Below, piece after piece: positions 38,218-53,810 of a stretch of DNA of 64,000 nt. The stretch spans positions 373,736,001 through 373,800,000 of the forward strand of contig OZ024740.1 in assembly GCA_964016885.1 (NCBI GenBank), given 5' to 3'. The number at the start of each line of letters is the position of its first letter. Positions within the stretch are counted from its first letter, which is position 1. The position numbers were made by a program, and so were the translations under genes. The stretch is from Eledone cirrhosa (taxonomy: Eukaryota). The notes beneath the pieces were generated by a model that saw nothing but the letters and a program-made list of their open reading frames with translations, did no database searches and was not told where the DNA came from.

Positions 38218-41200
38218 TGTGTGTGTGCGCGTGTATGCATATACTTATATACACGTATATATATATATATATATGCACACATAAATACGTATGTAACGCG
38301 CGCACACACATACTTCCATGTAAATACACATATATTCGCTAAAATACGTCAACCAAAACACAAAGTACACATATACACACACCCTACATACGTACGAACC
38401 CGTATACTCACACAGACGCAAAAGTCACGTATACACATAACCGTATGCACATGTACATATATATATAATATAATATATACGCCTACAACATATACAAGCA
38501 AATATACGTACGAGAAAGTATACGTACCTTCACAAAACATACAGGTAATATATACTTACCTATACAAATAAGTAATGGTATAAACCTAACATATACTTAG
38601 CTACCACGTCAAGACGTTAGATATCCGCGTATAGTTCGTACTATCCGTTAGAGTATAATGTGGTGCTGTAATACAGGAAAGTGTTGTGCAATTTATGTTT
38701 ACAAGCCGAAATTGCCTAATATTTTTTGTTTAAGATGTGGTCTTCGGCGTAGATTATTTCCAGGGTTTCAGCGGCGCAGAGGTTACATGGTCTTTTATTT
38801 CCGGTATACAATCTAGCGATAGCTACGATCTCCTGGGTGTGGTTGTCTTTTAGACTCCAGATATAAGCTGTAAGTGACGTCATATTCCTTCTTAAAGTGT
38901 TAAGAGAAGAATGGGTATGCATGTAAAGACGTTGTTGAATATATTGACGGTTAACCCTATGTAGGATTTCAACCTTACATCGGTAGTCAATGTTACTAGA
39001 GAGGTATTTCTCGGATAGGGAGCAGTCCACCCGATTCCTACAATTACAGTAAGTACTAGCTACAGGGTTCCACGCGTTCCTACGGCTAGGTAATTTAGAT
39101 AAATTTGAAGATGTGATGTTATGTGCAAGGTTAGGAGTCGTAGAGTAAGAAATATTAATGATATTTCTATTAATAATTTTACAATAAGTATGCGCTGGGG
39201 GGAAATGCTTCATAATAAGGGAGAGAAAGATATTACCTAATGGTGGGTTATACCATATAATGCGTCGGGTTTTATTTTTCCTAGGTCTATTCTCATACTC
39301 TGTATATGCTACCTTATCGACAAATCCTCTCCGAGCAAGAGCTTCATTGTAATATGTGGAGGGTGGCTGAAAATATGCACGTTTGTAGTTAGACGGGAAA
39401 GCCCCAAAGAGACTTTTCTTACCATGTACTTGGTTATGCTAGGAGAATGGTTAGAATGCTTACTTATGTCACTTATGTAATTAAGCATATTATTCGGCTT
39501 TCCATACGGGTAGTGCAAGCCATTCGACAAATTGAGGGTAACGTCGATGTAATTAACGACCGAGAGGTTGACCTCAACCTGTATGGAGAGGTTGAGGCCT
39601 TTAAACAAGGATTTGAGTTCTTTTCTAAACCTGTCGCAAGCACGTGGGCAGCACTTTGTCATGGTCAAAAGACCGTCATCACGGTACAAACCACGGCCCA
39701 CGTTGGGGAATACTTCCTTCATAGAGAAAAGAAGGAAAAGGCCGATAAGAACAGTAACCACCGCAGAATCGCTAGCGCCAATCCTCACGTCAAAGGTGGT
39801 ACTATTCGATTTCTTAACCCAAATAGAGTCGTCGAAATTAATCACCGACTTGCAGGCTTTGAGGATGACATCAACTTCGAAATCCTTAACCACTGTGAGT
39901 GTTTTAGCGAAATTGATAGCTCTAAGAAGAAGTGGTAAAGTGATGGAGGAGTAGTAATTATTGACGTCAAATTGGATAAAAAGGTAATCTTCCCTGTTGC
40001 ATATGCCGTTGAACCAAGCGATCACCGCAAAAGAATTGTTCCACAGTGCAAGAGGGGCCAAACAACAAATTTCAGGTATAATTATATCTAACATCCTTTT
40101 ACTAAGTCTACCTAAATCGGCCTTCGAAGGGTTAATAAGCCGAATAGAGGGCTTGTTCGGGAAATTGGATTTGTGATCCTTCAGGATAAAGTGGGGAGAA
40201 ATATGGTCCAGATGTTCAGTCGGTCCAGGATGTTGAGATCAGAGGTGATGTTAAACCCAGCATCGTTGATGTCATTAATGACGCTCCGATTAGTTTTTCG
40301 GTATTTTTTAGTTACAGCATTATGTAGCAGCTGATGGTAAGTAATGCGCTCCACTTGATATAGATTGCCAGATTTGTCCGAGTGGACGTGCACGGCATTA
40401 TAATCCTTAGTAGAACGAATTCTATTCTTCAGGTCTTGCTGGAAGGAATTGCTCCTATTCCAAAAGTTGATTCTCTGTATGGGTTCCAAGATATCATTTC
40501 CGAAGGGTAGCAATGCTGTGTTATTGTAGATTTTAAACCCAAATTTATCCTGTTTGTTGTCCGCTTTTCCCTGATTATAGAAATAAAAGGCATGCCAATG
40601 GAACCTTTTAATGAACGCGTCTGTTTTCTGTATCAGGAGTTTTAGGTATGTTTTTCTGCTTGGTACGGGTGTCTTCTTTGTAGAAATATTCAGACATTGT
40701 TGCTGTATGATAAATGTAAGTGAATAAAGTGCCAAATAGTAATAATAATAAATTTGAAGACTAAAATCCAAAGAGGGCTCGATAATGATGAATACATATA
40801 AAATATATAAGAACCGTAGAGCATATATTTATTAAAATAACAGATTAAAGTTTAAGCAAAGAATCGCTGCTTTCACCCTAAAAGGAATCTTCTGAAACTA
40901 AAAAAATCTATCTGTGAACGCAGAAGTAAATATTTCGAAAAACGTTGCAACTGAAGGAAGACAGAAAGACGATACTTTGGTTCGTAGAAACGTTCCCTGG
41001 CAATGAACAGAAAAAACCAAGTTAATACGTCGTTATGTTGTGCGTGGAGAACAATTACACGCAAAGAAAAAAAACACGTTTATGGTATAACTGAAGTCGT
41101 AGACTAAAATTCTATTTAGGAAACCAAATGATTCTCGGCTTCAGAGTCAAGAATAATGTAAATAAATTACAGAGGTAATTGAAATCAACACAAATTATAC

Positions 41201-42130
41201 ATGCACGCACCCATATATGTACATACACATGCATACGCGAAAACACCCGCCAAATACAAGCACGTACACAAAGAAATACGCACGCACATACAGAACCCAT
41301 GCAACGCCTGTACCCGCACACATACGAAAGTATACACCAAATACATATAAACATATATATAAAAAAAATATATATATATTTTTGTGTGGGTTTGTGTGTG
41401 TGTGTGTGCGTGTATACATATCATTATATAAACGTATATATATATACACACATAAATACATATATAACGCACGCACACACATACCTACATGTAAATACAC
41501 ATATGTTCGTTAAACATTCGTCAACCAAAACACAAAGTACACATGTACACACACTCTACATACGTACGAACCCGCATACTCGCACAGACGCAATTACCTC
41601 CGTAATTTATTTACATTGATAACTGATTGTTAACTCATTGTTAACACTGAAGCCGAAAATCATTCGGTTTCCTAAATAGAATTTTAGTCTACAACTTCAG
41701 TTATCCATAAACGTGGTTTTGTCTTTGCGTGTAATTGTTCTGTATGTTCCACATAACGATGTATTATCTTCGTTTTTTTTCCGTTCATTAGCAAAGAACG
41801 TCTCCACAAACCACCTAAAAACGTGGGTTTTTCTTTGCGAGTAATTGTTTTTACCGCTCCAAATAATGTCGTATTATCTTCCTGTTTTTCCCGTTCATTG
41901 CCAGGGAATGTTTCAACGAACCAAAGTATCGAAATATTTCCTTCTGCGTTCACAGATTGATTTTTTTGGTCTCAGAAGATCCCGTTTAGCGTGAAAGCAG
42001 AGACTATTTGATTAAATTTAATCTATTATTTTAATAAATATTTGCTCTACGGTTCTTATATATTTGATATATATTTATCCTTATCGAGGCCTCTTTGAAT
42101 TTTAGTCTTCAAATTTATTATTATTACTAT
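37467..42130 (-). mobile_element. near-complete Penelope-like element: pLTR-ORF-pLTR plus an inverted 5' pLTR
   Basis: Direct repeats 37467-38420 and 40830-41592; inverted copy 41640-42130. ORF remnants 40181-40771 (N-terminus), 39309-40094 (RT: FIQFDVNNYYSSIT, GLYRDDGL) and 38716-39213 (CNCR linker, GIY-YIG). Confidence 0.9.
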
Positions 42131-42451
42131 ATATATATATATATATATACATTTGTTTGTGGATGTATGTATGTATACAGGATATCCGTTGATAAAAGGC
42201 CAAGTAACAAGATGGTCAATCTATTGAAGGAAAACATATGTAGTATAATTAAATGTCCAAACACTTAACATGTATGCGAGATATTACGTTTCGTGGACCA
42301 GTTATGGCATTTTCTTTCCTTTTTGAGAAGCCGTACCAATACTAACCTGCTCTCAGGTGCTAGAACAACATTCCAAGAAAAAAACATCAGCTCACGAAAT
42401 ATGGTTTAGCTTGGCGATAGGTGGACATCGATAACTCAAGTCACGCCTAAA

Positions 42452-42724
<273 letters not shown>

Positions 42725-42761
42725 GTATTTATTGTATTCATCCATGTAGCGCGAACATTTT

Positions 42762-42870
<109 letters not shown>

Positions 42871-43762
42871 CGTGTGTGTGTATATATATATATATGTACA
42901 TGTAAAGATGAGAAAATTCAGAGCTAAAACATCCGGTAAAACGGCTAAATTTTGTCAAAGACAGCGAAGGACATCTATGATAAAGTTAAATGAAAAAAAA
43001 CAAACAATGTTGTTTCTTATCAAGACGATGTGAGATTGTATTTGAATATATATATATGTAAATGAGAAAACCCATCGCTAAAACAGCCGATTACTGACAA
43101 CACAACTCTCCGCACAAAGGCCACGGATGATCCCAGTGGCATGTGGTCAACAGATAGACAATCGAAAATGTCGGTGAGAGGCAGATCAAGTATTGAAAAG
43201 ATTGAAAGTGGAGGAGGACATGATCCACGGTGGACAAGGAAAATGTTCTAGCACAACGAACTAGTAGAAATAAATAAAGAAAGGCGATGCACAAGGCAAG
43301 TTTATACACACACATCTTCCACTTTATCAGCTCTCAAACCAGCAAAATGATTTCACATGAATTAGTTGAGAGTACTATATGATTTAATTGTGGAAATGTA
43401 TATACCATTACATTTTGTAGATTTCATCCTTGCATAATATGTTGGATTGAATCATTACCAGCTATACCATTAAAGCTTGTTACTTGTCTCTTAATATATT
43501 TGGACGTGTACAAACGGTCCAAAAGATGAAACACTTTTTTTTTTTTTCTGCATTAAGATTTGAAATATGTATGATTTTGAATAGTCATTTTGCTCTTTGT
43601 ATCCAACGGGCAAAAAAACGCATTTACACTTTATAACTGTCGGTCCCGATTTTAAATATCGGTCATAATTATTTAATAAATCTATATTGGAAAGTGTTTT
43701 CCATCTATTAATGATAATTATCACATTCCAATAGTTATTTGTAGCGTAATTGAAGCTATATG

Positions 43763-43794
<32 letters not shown>

Positions 43795-43819
43795 TTTTTG
43801 GAGTATATGTTGGTTGTTT

Positions 43820-44392
<573 letters not shown>

Positions 44393-44538
44393 AATTAAAA
44401 TACTAGAGTGTGTTGGAGTTAAACACCCTCTTCATATTATAGAGATGACAGTAAAGGTATAGCTCAATGCAATTAAACAGAGCCGAAAAATTAAGAAATA
44501 AACCAAAGAAGCCTTCAATACATCAAAAGTCTTTATTA

Positions 44539-44579
44539 GCCAACACTGTTTCGTCCTATTAAGGACTCATCAGGGCAAG
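44539..44579 (-). ncRNA. minimal type I hammerhead ribozyme
   Basis: gcc-CTGATGA-gtcct-taat-aggac-GAAAC-agt-GTT-ggc. Confidence 0.78.
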
Positions 44580-47500
44580 TAAAGCTATAAGAAGCACTAT
44601 CGGCCAATACAAGCCAAAAACTCAGAAGAATATGGAGTATACATACATTAAAGCATAGGAAAATTATCAAGTAAAAGTTATCAAGTAAAAATTGCTAAGG
44701 AAGTGAATAACATTTTGAACCATTTTACAAATATAATACAATGCAAAAACTAAAGCTAAACACAAGTGGTGATATAAAAGGGAGAATTACGGTGCTAAAT
44801 ATAATATAATGTAATATAATATAATTGATAATGATAATAATAATAATATTAAAAGGCCCAATAAACATACATATACATATACATATGTACACATATACAT
44901 ATACATATATATATATCAATACACATATCCATCTATACAAACCCAAACTAACACCTATTAAGAGTTTAAATATAAATAAAAATAAAAATAAAAATAAAAA
45001 TAATACATATATTATTTACAGTATAAAATGATAAAGAAATGAGTCAAAGAAAACATATAAAATATAACATACTATATAAATATATAATTAATAATCTCCG
45101 GTCAATTTGCACAAACAGTATAAATATTACAATAACACTATAATAACCATATTATAATATATTGGCATATAACTTAACAAATCATATAAAGTTACACACA
45201 GGGGGTGAGAGAAAATATCATACAGAACTAAATTGTGTTGAAAAGATTGTGCTGGAAAAATATCTATACCATTGTAAGAAAACAGACGGAGGTAAAGTGT
45301 TTATACAATTGGTATAAATAAGTATTATCTAAACATTAAAAACATTATAAAAATATAAACATATTACAGAATTTACAAAATTTAACATAAGGGTACATCA
45401 ATATCAAATAATGAACATAGTATAATATACATAATTACATGGTTGGTAGACAGACATATGTGAATAAGTGAATAAGAACCAGACAGAAACTACGCACAGT
45501 AGTAAAAAAATATAAATATAAATAAAATAAAATCAACCGGAAATCGAAAAACAAAAACAAATAATATTTACTGAGGTGTCACAAGCAGTTAAGTAAACAC
45601 AATTAGGAAACAAACCCGGATAAATGACTAGAAAACCCTATTAAATTAATTAATATTGCAAGTATTTAAAATATATAAGTCAATACAAAATTAGCTATGG
45701 TTTAAGTAATCAAAATCTCCAAAGTTTAAGATATCTCAATAAGAACATCCAGAATAGAATGAAATACTTTACTATCAGTTGAATAACGTTATCTAATAAA
45801 CAGACTTTAAATAGAACTATGGTAGGCCAATGGGGACAGAAAAAAGAAATGTATGGAGGATGCGAAGGAGCATAAAATCATAATCAATATACTGTATTAT
45901 ACAATAGAAAGGGGCATAACAGGGAATTGAATATAATTATAGTATAATTGAAGGGGCGAATAAAAAGTGTGTGGTGGGAAGAAGGGGGGAGGGGGTTAAT
46001 TATCTAAATGAGAATCCAAATAAAATAAAATAAAATAATATAAAACAAAATAAAATAAAATATATAATCAGATATAAACTCATAAGGTGTTAATAGTGAA
46101 AATATAATATTTAAGAAGAAAGAGATGGTATGGTATCCAAAAGACTATGAAAGCTAGATCGAAAAGCTGTTAAAAACCAATAATAATAATAATGATAATG
46201 ATTGAGGTAAACAAAATGAACCTAAACAAATTTACACTACCAGAACTTTTAGGTTTATAATAAAAGTAAGAATTAGAAATGGCGTGGGGGCAAGAAGAGA
46301 ATATCTCAGACTTTCTATTAAGTAAGAGTTCCCTAGAGAAAATTATAGAGTGGGTCCCAAGGATCCAGCAATTACATAATTTAGTGTGTGTTGATAGGTT
46401 ATTAGAGCGTGCTACTATTCGCAATTAAGGCTATATGTTTACCTCCATCATTATCATTATTATTATTATTGGTTTTTAACAGCTTTTCTATCTAGCTTTC
46501 ATAGTCTTTTGGATACCATACCATCTCTTTCTTCTTAAATATTATATTTTCACTATTAACACCTTATGAGTTTATATGTGATTATATATTTTATTTTATT
46601 TTGTTTTATATTATTTCATTTTATTTTATTTGGATTCTCATTTAGACAATTAACCCCCCCCCCCCCCCCTTCTTCCTCCCTTCTTCCCCCCACACACTTG
46701 TCATTCGCCCCTTCAATTATACTATAATTATATTCAATTCCCTTTTATGCCCCTTTCTATTGTATAATACAGTATATTGATTATGATTTTATGCTCCTTC
46801 GCATACACGTACATTTCTTTTTTCTGTCCCCATTGGCCTATCATAGTTCTATTTAAAGTCTGTTTATTAGATAACGTTATTCAACTGATAGTAAAGTATT
46901 TCATTCTATTCTGGATGTTCTTATTGAGATATCTTAAACTTTGGAGATTTTGATTACTTAAACCATAACTAATTTTGTATTGAATTATTATATATTTTAA
47001 ATACTTGCAATATTAATTAATTTAATAGTGTTTTCTACTCATTTATCCGGGTTTGTTTCCTAATTGTGTTTACTTAACTGCTTGTGACACCTGAGTAAAT
47101 ATTTTTTGTTTTTGTTTTTCGATTTCCGGTTGATTTTATTTTATTTATATTTATATTTTTTTTACTACTGTGCGTAGTTTCTGTCTGGGTCTTATTCACT
47201 TATTCACATATGTCTGTCTACCAACCATGTAATTATGTATATTATACTATGTTCATTATTTGATATTGATTTACCCTTATGTTAAATTTTGTAAATTCTG
47301 TAATATGTTTATATTTTTATAATTTTTGTAATGTTTACATAATTCTTATTTAGACCAATTGTATAAAAACTTGACCTCCGTCTGTTTTCTTACAACGGTA
47401 TAGATATTTTTCCAGCACAATCTTTTCAACACAATTTAGTTATGTATGATATTTTTTTCTCACCCCTTGTGTGTAACTTTATATGATTTGTTAAGTTATA

Positions 47501-48090
47501 TGCCAATATATTATAATATGGTTATTATAGTGTTATTGTAATATTTATACTGTTTATGCAAATTGACCGGAGATTATTAATTATATATTTATATCGTATA
47601 TTATATTTTATGTTTACTTTTACTCATTTCTTTATCATTTTATATTGTAAATAATATATGTATTATTTTTATTTTTTATTTTTTATTTTTATTCATATTT
47701 AAACTCTTAATAGGTGTTAGTTTAGGTTTGTATAGATGGATATGTGTATTGATATATATATGTATATGTATATGTGTACATATGTATATGTATATGTATG
47801 TTTATTGGGCCTTTTAATATTATTATTATTATCATTATCAATTATATTATATTATATTATATTATATTATATTTAGCACCGTAATTCTCCCTTTATATCA
47901 CCACTTGTGTTTAGCTTTAGTTTTTGCATTGTACTATATTTGTAATATGGTTCAAAATGTTATTCACTTCCATAGCAATTTTTACTTGATATTTTTTACT
48001 TGATAATTTTCCTATGCTTTAATGTATGTATACTCCATATTCTTCTGAGTTGTTGGCTTGTATTGGCCGATAGTGCTTCTTATAGCTTTA

Positions 48091-48131
48091 CTTGCCCTGA
48101 TGAGTCCTTAATAGGACGAAACATTGTTGGC
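48091..48131 (+). ncRNA. minimal type I hammerhead ribozyme (mirror copy)
   Basis: gcc-CTGATGA-gtcct-taat-aggac-GAAAC-att-GTT-ggc. Confidence 0.78.
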
Positions 48132-48175
48132 TAATGAAGACTTTTGATGTATTGAAGGCTTCTTTGGTTTATTTC

Positions 48176-48238
<63 letters not shown>

Positions 48239-48241
<3 letters not shown>

Positions 48242-48365
48242 AGTAAGTAAGACCCCGACGGCTGAGCTCAAGCCGTCGGGGTCTTACTTACTCCTATTAC
48301 CCACTCTACTACCCTAAGTATTGAGTACTTCGGTGCGTTATGGTCCACTTGGTTCCTTACCACTT
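48239..48365. mobile_element. fold-back fragment of the 32.7-33.2 kb family
   Basis: Hairpin taggagtaagtaagaccccgacggc-tgagctcaa-gccgtcggggtcttacttactccta followed by the family tail. Confidence 0.7.
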
Positions 48366-49559
48366 TTCCTTCGCTATATATATATATATATATATATAAG
48401 CAGAAGTGGTTACACACCAGTTAGTTCACCATACCGGATCCTCAGATAGGGGGTGGGGGGGGGGGCATGGCAGCATTGTTTCCAGTATAACATATTTATA
48501 TATATATATATCTGACAACAATGTTATACGGGAAACATTGATGTCAGGCTTTTCTCTGTATGACATAACCAGTCAGTATTTTTAGAATGAAAAGTGTCCT
48601 TAAGTGTTATAATGACATTATTGAATTATCAAACTTCGATATGTGTTTATTGTGTCGCTTGAACAAAATTACAATCAGTTATATTTTTTTGTTGGTTGTA
48701 TATAACGTCCGACCGATAGCTCAGCCAGGTACATTTCTTATTCTAGACAACATTTTCTTTAATTTCTTTATTTGCGTCTTTTTCTAAATGATTTTACACT
48801 CTCGAATTCAAAAAAAGGAAATATTTGTTTCGCTTATTAAATAATAAGACGCACAGCCCCTAGTAAAATAGCTAGTTAGAGTAAATACGTCAGAACCTAA
48901 TGATTTGCAAACTTAAATGTTTCTCACGTACATTGTGGGAACTACGTTCATTTTGTACTTGGCAATTACTTCCTCTTAAACACAATCTCTGAAATATGTA
49001 ATGGTCAGAGTAAGAGTTTAAGTGACCCATGTGCAATACTTTTTAAAACTACAATTACTAGTTGGATCATTGCCAGTGTCTGTGTACTACACACATAAAG
49101 ACTGGTCGATTAATTTTATATGGTTAAATCAGTTATTGTTTCCAAAAATAGTATTGATCTAAAAGGAAAAAAAAAGATTATTATTCCGATCGTTGATTCT
49201 AAAATATATTGATGTTAATACAACAATGTTACTGATAAAGCTCTGAAATACGTTCAACTATTACGTCATAACAATTTAAATTAACAAATATCGGATTAAT
49301 GGAAATTGACACCGTAAATATAATGTTACTAATGGTATAAAGGGACAGATAAAATCCACTAAATTGAATTACTTTCATTTCTGTGGTTATTCCAGGATTG
49401 TATTTAACTGGAAAGCTATTACATAGAAGAAAAACACCAATATTTTCATTTGCTATTAGCATATAGTTAAGCCTTTTAATAACTATGTCATAATTGTATT
49501 TAATAGCTTCCTGCAATTACTATGTAATTTATGATGTATGAGAAAAAATCTCAGGACAC

Positions 49560-50780
49560 AAAATGACAATAAAATGTTCTTCCTTATTGGCCAGAACGGC
49601 AATATATGCAATATTTCCCTCATATACAACATACTGTCCTAAATCAAATAATTGTTTCTACGTTAGGCACAAGGCCAGCAATTACACAGTGCATTACTGG
49701 TACTTTATTTTATCTACCCCGTAAGGATGAAAGGCAAAGTTAACCTCGGCGGGATTTGAACCCAGAATGGCAAGGGCCGTAACTCTATACGTCAAAGCAT
49801 GGCGTCCGACCCTCTCCCAATACTGCCAATCCACCGCCCATGTCCTAAATCAAATAATGAAGCCATACACACTCCTCATAAAATAGAATGCAACCAATGG
49901 ATTACCGTTGCTTTATATGCATTTGTATGTGCCTATAGGATAATAACAAAAAATCAACACCAATAATTTGGCATACACTAACCCGCTGCTCAATATGCTA
50001 CAAAATCCATCTATATCACTTCTAAGTCTCATATACAAATATTCAATTAAAACAATGGTGCACTGTTTATCAATTCAAACATAGAGTAATCTGTATCATA
50101 TCTAAAACAATGAACGTGCAAAACGCAGAATAGGGAATGTAGAATCCTGCCACAAATCGCTCACTCATGGAAAAAAGGTAACATTTAGGACCAATAATTT
50201 ATTCATGTATATTTTCAAACATTAAGAAACATATACATATGTATGATCATTAACAACACTACTGTTATACATATGTACTACTGCAACAAAATCCGTCTTC
50301 ACCTCCAAATCGAAATTATATTACAGTTAAACAGCTAAAGTTCATAAAATATACAACACAAAATTCCCTAAATATAGTTTTCTTGGGGTAAAAGTGTATT
50401 TCATGACACCAACTAGTAAATATTGAAATATTAAAAACGTATCAGAAGCAGCATAATACGCACCCAACACTACCGGATCCCTCGTCAAAATCGTAAGAAA
50501 GCATATGTCATATATACAGCACACAGCTTACACTAACATAATATCCCAGGCATCATATCCGGTATGATTCATTCTCCACCATCCAAGTTTGAATTTTTTT
50601 TAAATCAAACCAAAACTGTTATCACGAAACCAACATAAAACAGAACACAGAGATATGTACGATTTGTATTTTGGGAGACGATGTACGTAAATAATTTCTT
50701 ATCTCACCCAATATTTTGACGGAAATATGCACGGACATTGTAGAATTTGCAAGGAACGTGCAATGGTATATGTAGTAAGC
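49560..50780 (-). pseudogene. decayed adhesion/Methuselah-like (family B) GPCR 7TM region
   Basis: Ordered minus-strand remnants: TYLCVLFYVGFVITVLV (TM1-like), CKLCAVYMTYAFL (TM3), IIGPKCYLFSMSERFVAGFYIPYSAFCTFIVL (ECL2-TM5), LVYAKLLVLIFCYYPIG (TM6), RSVYGFII (TM7). Many stops and frameshifts, plus a SINE insertion. Confidence 0.5.
49653..49839 (-). mobile_element. full-length SINE with 18-bp TSD
   Basis: TSD tgtcctaaatcaaataat at 49635-49652 and 49841-49858. Confidence 0.9.
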
Positions 50781-51834
50781 ATTGTCACATCCAATTAATC
50801 CTTACAAATAACTGCAACATAACTGCAACATGTTCGCCTATTACACAATTGAAGTACTATATCCCCCCCACCCAATAAACGTACGCGTACAAAAATAGCA
50901 AGAGTATCAATGACTTCATTAACGTCAAAGTATCTGTAGTGGGTGGTATATTTTAGAACTTGATACTAAAGAACAGCTTCTAACGATCCCGTGTCGTGTC
51001 CATATTGTATCTTCTTTTGATGTCTACGACAATAACTTCTTTAAAATAGCAACTTACTAGTAAATGGTGAATTCCTGATTCCTTACTCTACACCCTTGCT
51101 TTTAAGCTACCATAAGGTTATTGGCATTATGTGCCTCCACTATATATATAGTTAAGTAGTAATACGCACCATACTTTAATTTAATCGAACACATACTGAA
51201 AAAATCAATAAACATATATAATATCTCTAAAATTGTTACAATTATCTACAAATAGCTTATTATTTAGCGAATTATTGAAACAAGATTAAATCTTAACACA
51301 TACATTAATATTGAGAAGAGTAATAGGAATACGATAGTTGTAACATTCATCACATTGATTCATACACTTGCCTAAATTACTTAAAAATTTATTTTCTCAC
51401 AATATGGGAATTATATTTTCTTTCAGTTAAACATTGGGGCATTCTTACTCACCTTTCTATTGATTATATGAAATCAGTTTATATATATTTTCAATAATTA
51501 AGAGAGAATGAATACAGAGAAAAAAATATCTGCATGTGCTGTGTAAATTTGCTAGAAGGAATAAGATTTATTGTTCATAAATAAAATTGTTTTGCAAGCA
51601 TCGACATTTTTGAACACTGTCCACATTCATTTGATGAATGCTATTGTGAATTTTATTCATTCAATAAAAAAACATGTATTATACTGTCCTTGCCTTCCGT
51701 AAACGCATTAATGGTGCACGATGTATTATTGTATTACTAATATATTAAATTGAATATAAAGTGCATTGTGTATATATATCATAATGTTATTGTTTATAAA
51801 CTCCTTTTAGTAATATTATTATTATTATTGTTAT

Positions 51835-53711
51835 TTTTATATCTTTCATTATTGTTTCTGAGATATATGACGAGTGTCTTCCTGACACCTAGGGCAAATA
51901 CATTCACAGTGTGCATTGGTGAGCCAGTTAATACAGCACATTGATTATAATTAAAAAATCAAAAACAGTATACATATATACACATGTGCATATGCATATG
52001 TAAATACAAGGAGGTATATCAATTTTACAGAGATAGTGCTCTTCTCAATACGTGTGCAGTACCAGTCAAAACAATTTTGTGCACCTCGTGCAGAGAGGGT
52101 AAACCAGGAATTATTCGCAAATATTGTTCTGTTTCTTTCTTGACGATTCCCAGTCCTCCCACAATCACTGGTATTGTAACGGCCTTGAGGTGCCACATTT
52201 CCTCAATTTCAATAAGCAGATCTTTATATTTTCGTAGCTTGTCAAATTCTTTTGCCGCGATATTGTGATCTCATGGCATGCTCATATCTATCAATAAACA
52301 GACCTTGTTATGTTGATATTTTACAATGATGTCAGGTATATTTGCTTTTATTTTCCTGTCAGTACGTACAGGAAAGTCCCAGAGAATTGTTACTTTTTCT
52401 CCCTCAGTTACAGCCTCAAGGTGATGATTGTACCACTTGTCTTCAGCTTTGACTTTGTAATGCCGACATATTACCCAGTGTAGATATTGGCCAAATCTGT
52501 CATGTCTATGTTTGTATTATACTGGTGCTAAAACTTTACATCCAGAAACTAAGTTATCCACTCTTTCAACCTCAGCATTGCAGAATCGGCACTTTGGTTT
52601 TATTCCGTTTCTCATCACATTGGCCTGGTAATTACGAGTCAATAAGCTTTGATCTTGGGCAGCTAAGATGAAGTCTTCACTCTCCGCATTTAGCCCTGAT
52701 AGCCATTGATGGGCGTGCTTTTGGTCAACATCAGCTTGTTTGATACGGGCCACATATTTGCAATGCAGAGGTTTCTGCTTCCAATTTGATGCTAATTGCC
52801 CATGCCCTTTTGCTTTTGCCAGTGTTTTTATGTGCCTAGCAGCATCAGTTTATTTAGTCTGTCCAGCTTGGGTATCAAGCATGAGAACAGTTGCATATGT
52901 TTTGCTCTCTTCCAAGATAGAATGAAGCTTCTTACTTCTCTCATACTTTTCAACAAGTCTCAGCATACAGTCCTTAGTTGTTTCAAGGTATTTGGTCAGT
53001 CCAATGATGGTTGTCTTGTAAGCGAGTTCAAATTGGATCAGGCCACAGCCTTCCTGAGTTCTATGAAGGTAAAGACGTTCCACATCTGATTTTTTTGGGG
53101 GGAGTGCATCCTATTAAAGGTCAGTAGCGTAGGGACATTGGTGTCGATTCTTTTGATTTCACTCATATTCCAGTTCAACCGACCGAAGCTATAAGTGACA
53201 ATTGGGACTGCCAAGGCATTTATGGCTAGCACATTGTTACGAGCGTTTAGCTCTGATCTCAGAACTGCACGTACTCTCCTGTAACAGTATTTCCTTATCC
53301 TCTCTTTCACTCTTGCATGCTGTATGTCAGAGCTCTCATTAATCCCTAAGTATTTATAGATTTGTCCTGCTCAGGTTCCTTTGTGATTGTTTCAGCATCC
53401 AATTCAACTGAGTCTGAGTTGACAAGCTTCCCCTTCTTGAAAGTGGCCTTTGCACACTTGTCAAGTCTAAACTCCATCCTGGTGTCATCGCTAAACGTTT
53501 TTACTGTCAGCAAAAGGCCTTCCAGTTCGTCATTATCTTTTCAATATAGCTTCAAATCATCCATAAAAAATAGGTGGCTTATTTTTTTGTTTTCAATTCT
53601 ATAACCGTACCCTGTTCTATTAAGTTCGGATGTAAAGGGTATTAAAGCTATGCAGAAAGGCAAAAGTGAAAGTTAGTTACCCTGGAATATACCACAGTTG
53701 ATGTTTATATT
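51835..53711 (-). mobile_element. third R4/Dong-clade LINE family, 5'-truncated, (TAA)n tail
   Basis: FMDDLKL, MKERIRK..RRVRAVLRSELNARN, AAQDQSLLTRNY..CRFC, and C-terminus KIVLTGTAHVLRRALSL*. Confidence 0.88.
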
Positions 53712-53810
53712 CCTAGAGCAGAGTACACCAGTGGAATGAGACAATTGGAGATTTGTGTTCCATAATGACAATGTTTTTCAGGAAGTTTGAGATCACAAGT
53801 GAGATTTTTA

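Noticed and set aside
42175-42300. Possible Tc1/mariner terminal inverted repeat start (tacaggatatcc)
   Set aside because: No matching second end found in the window.
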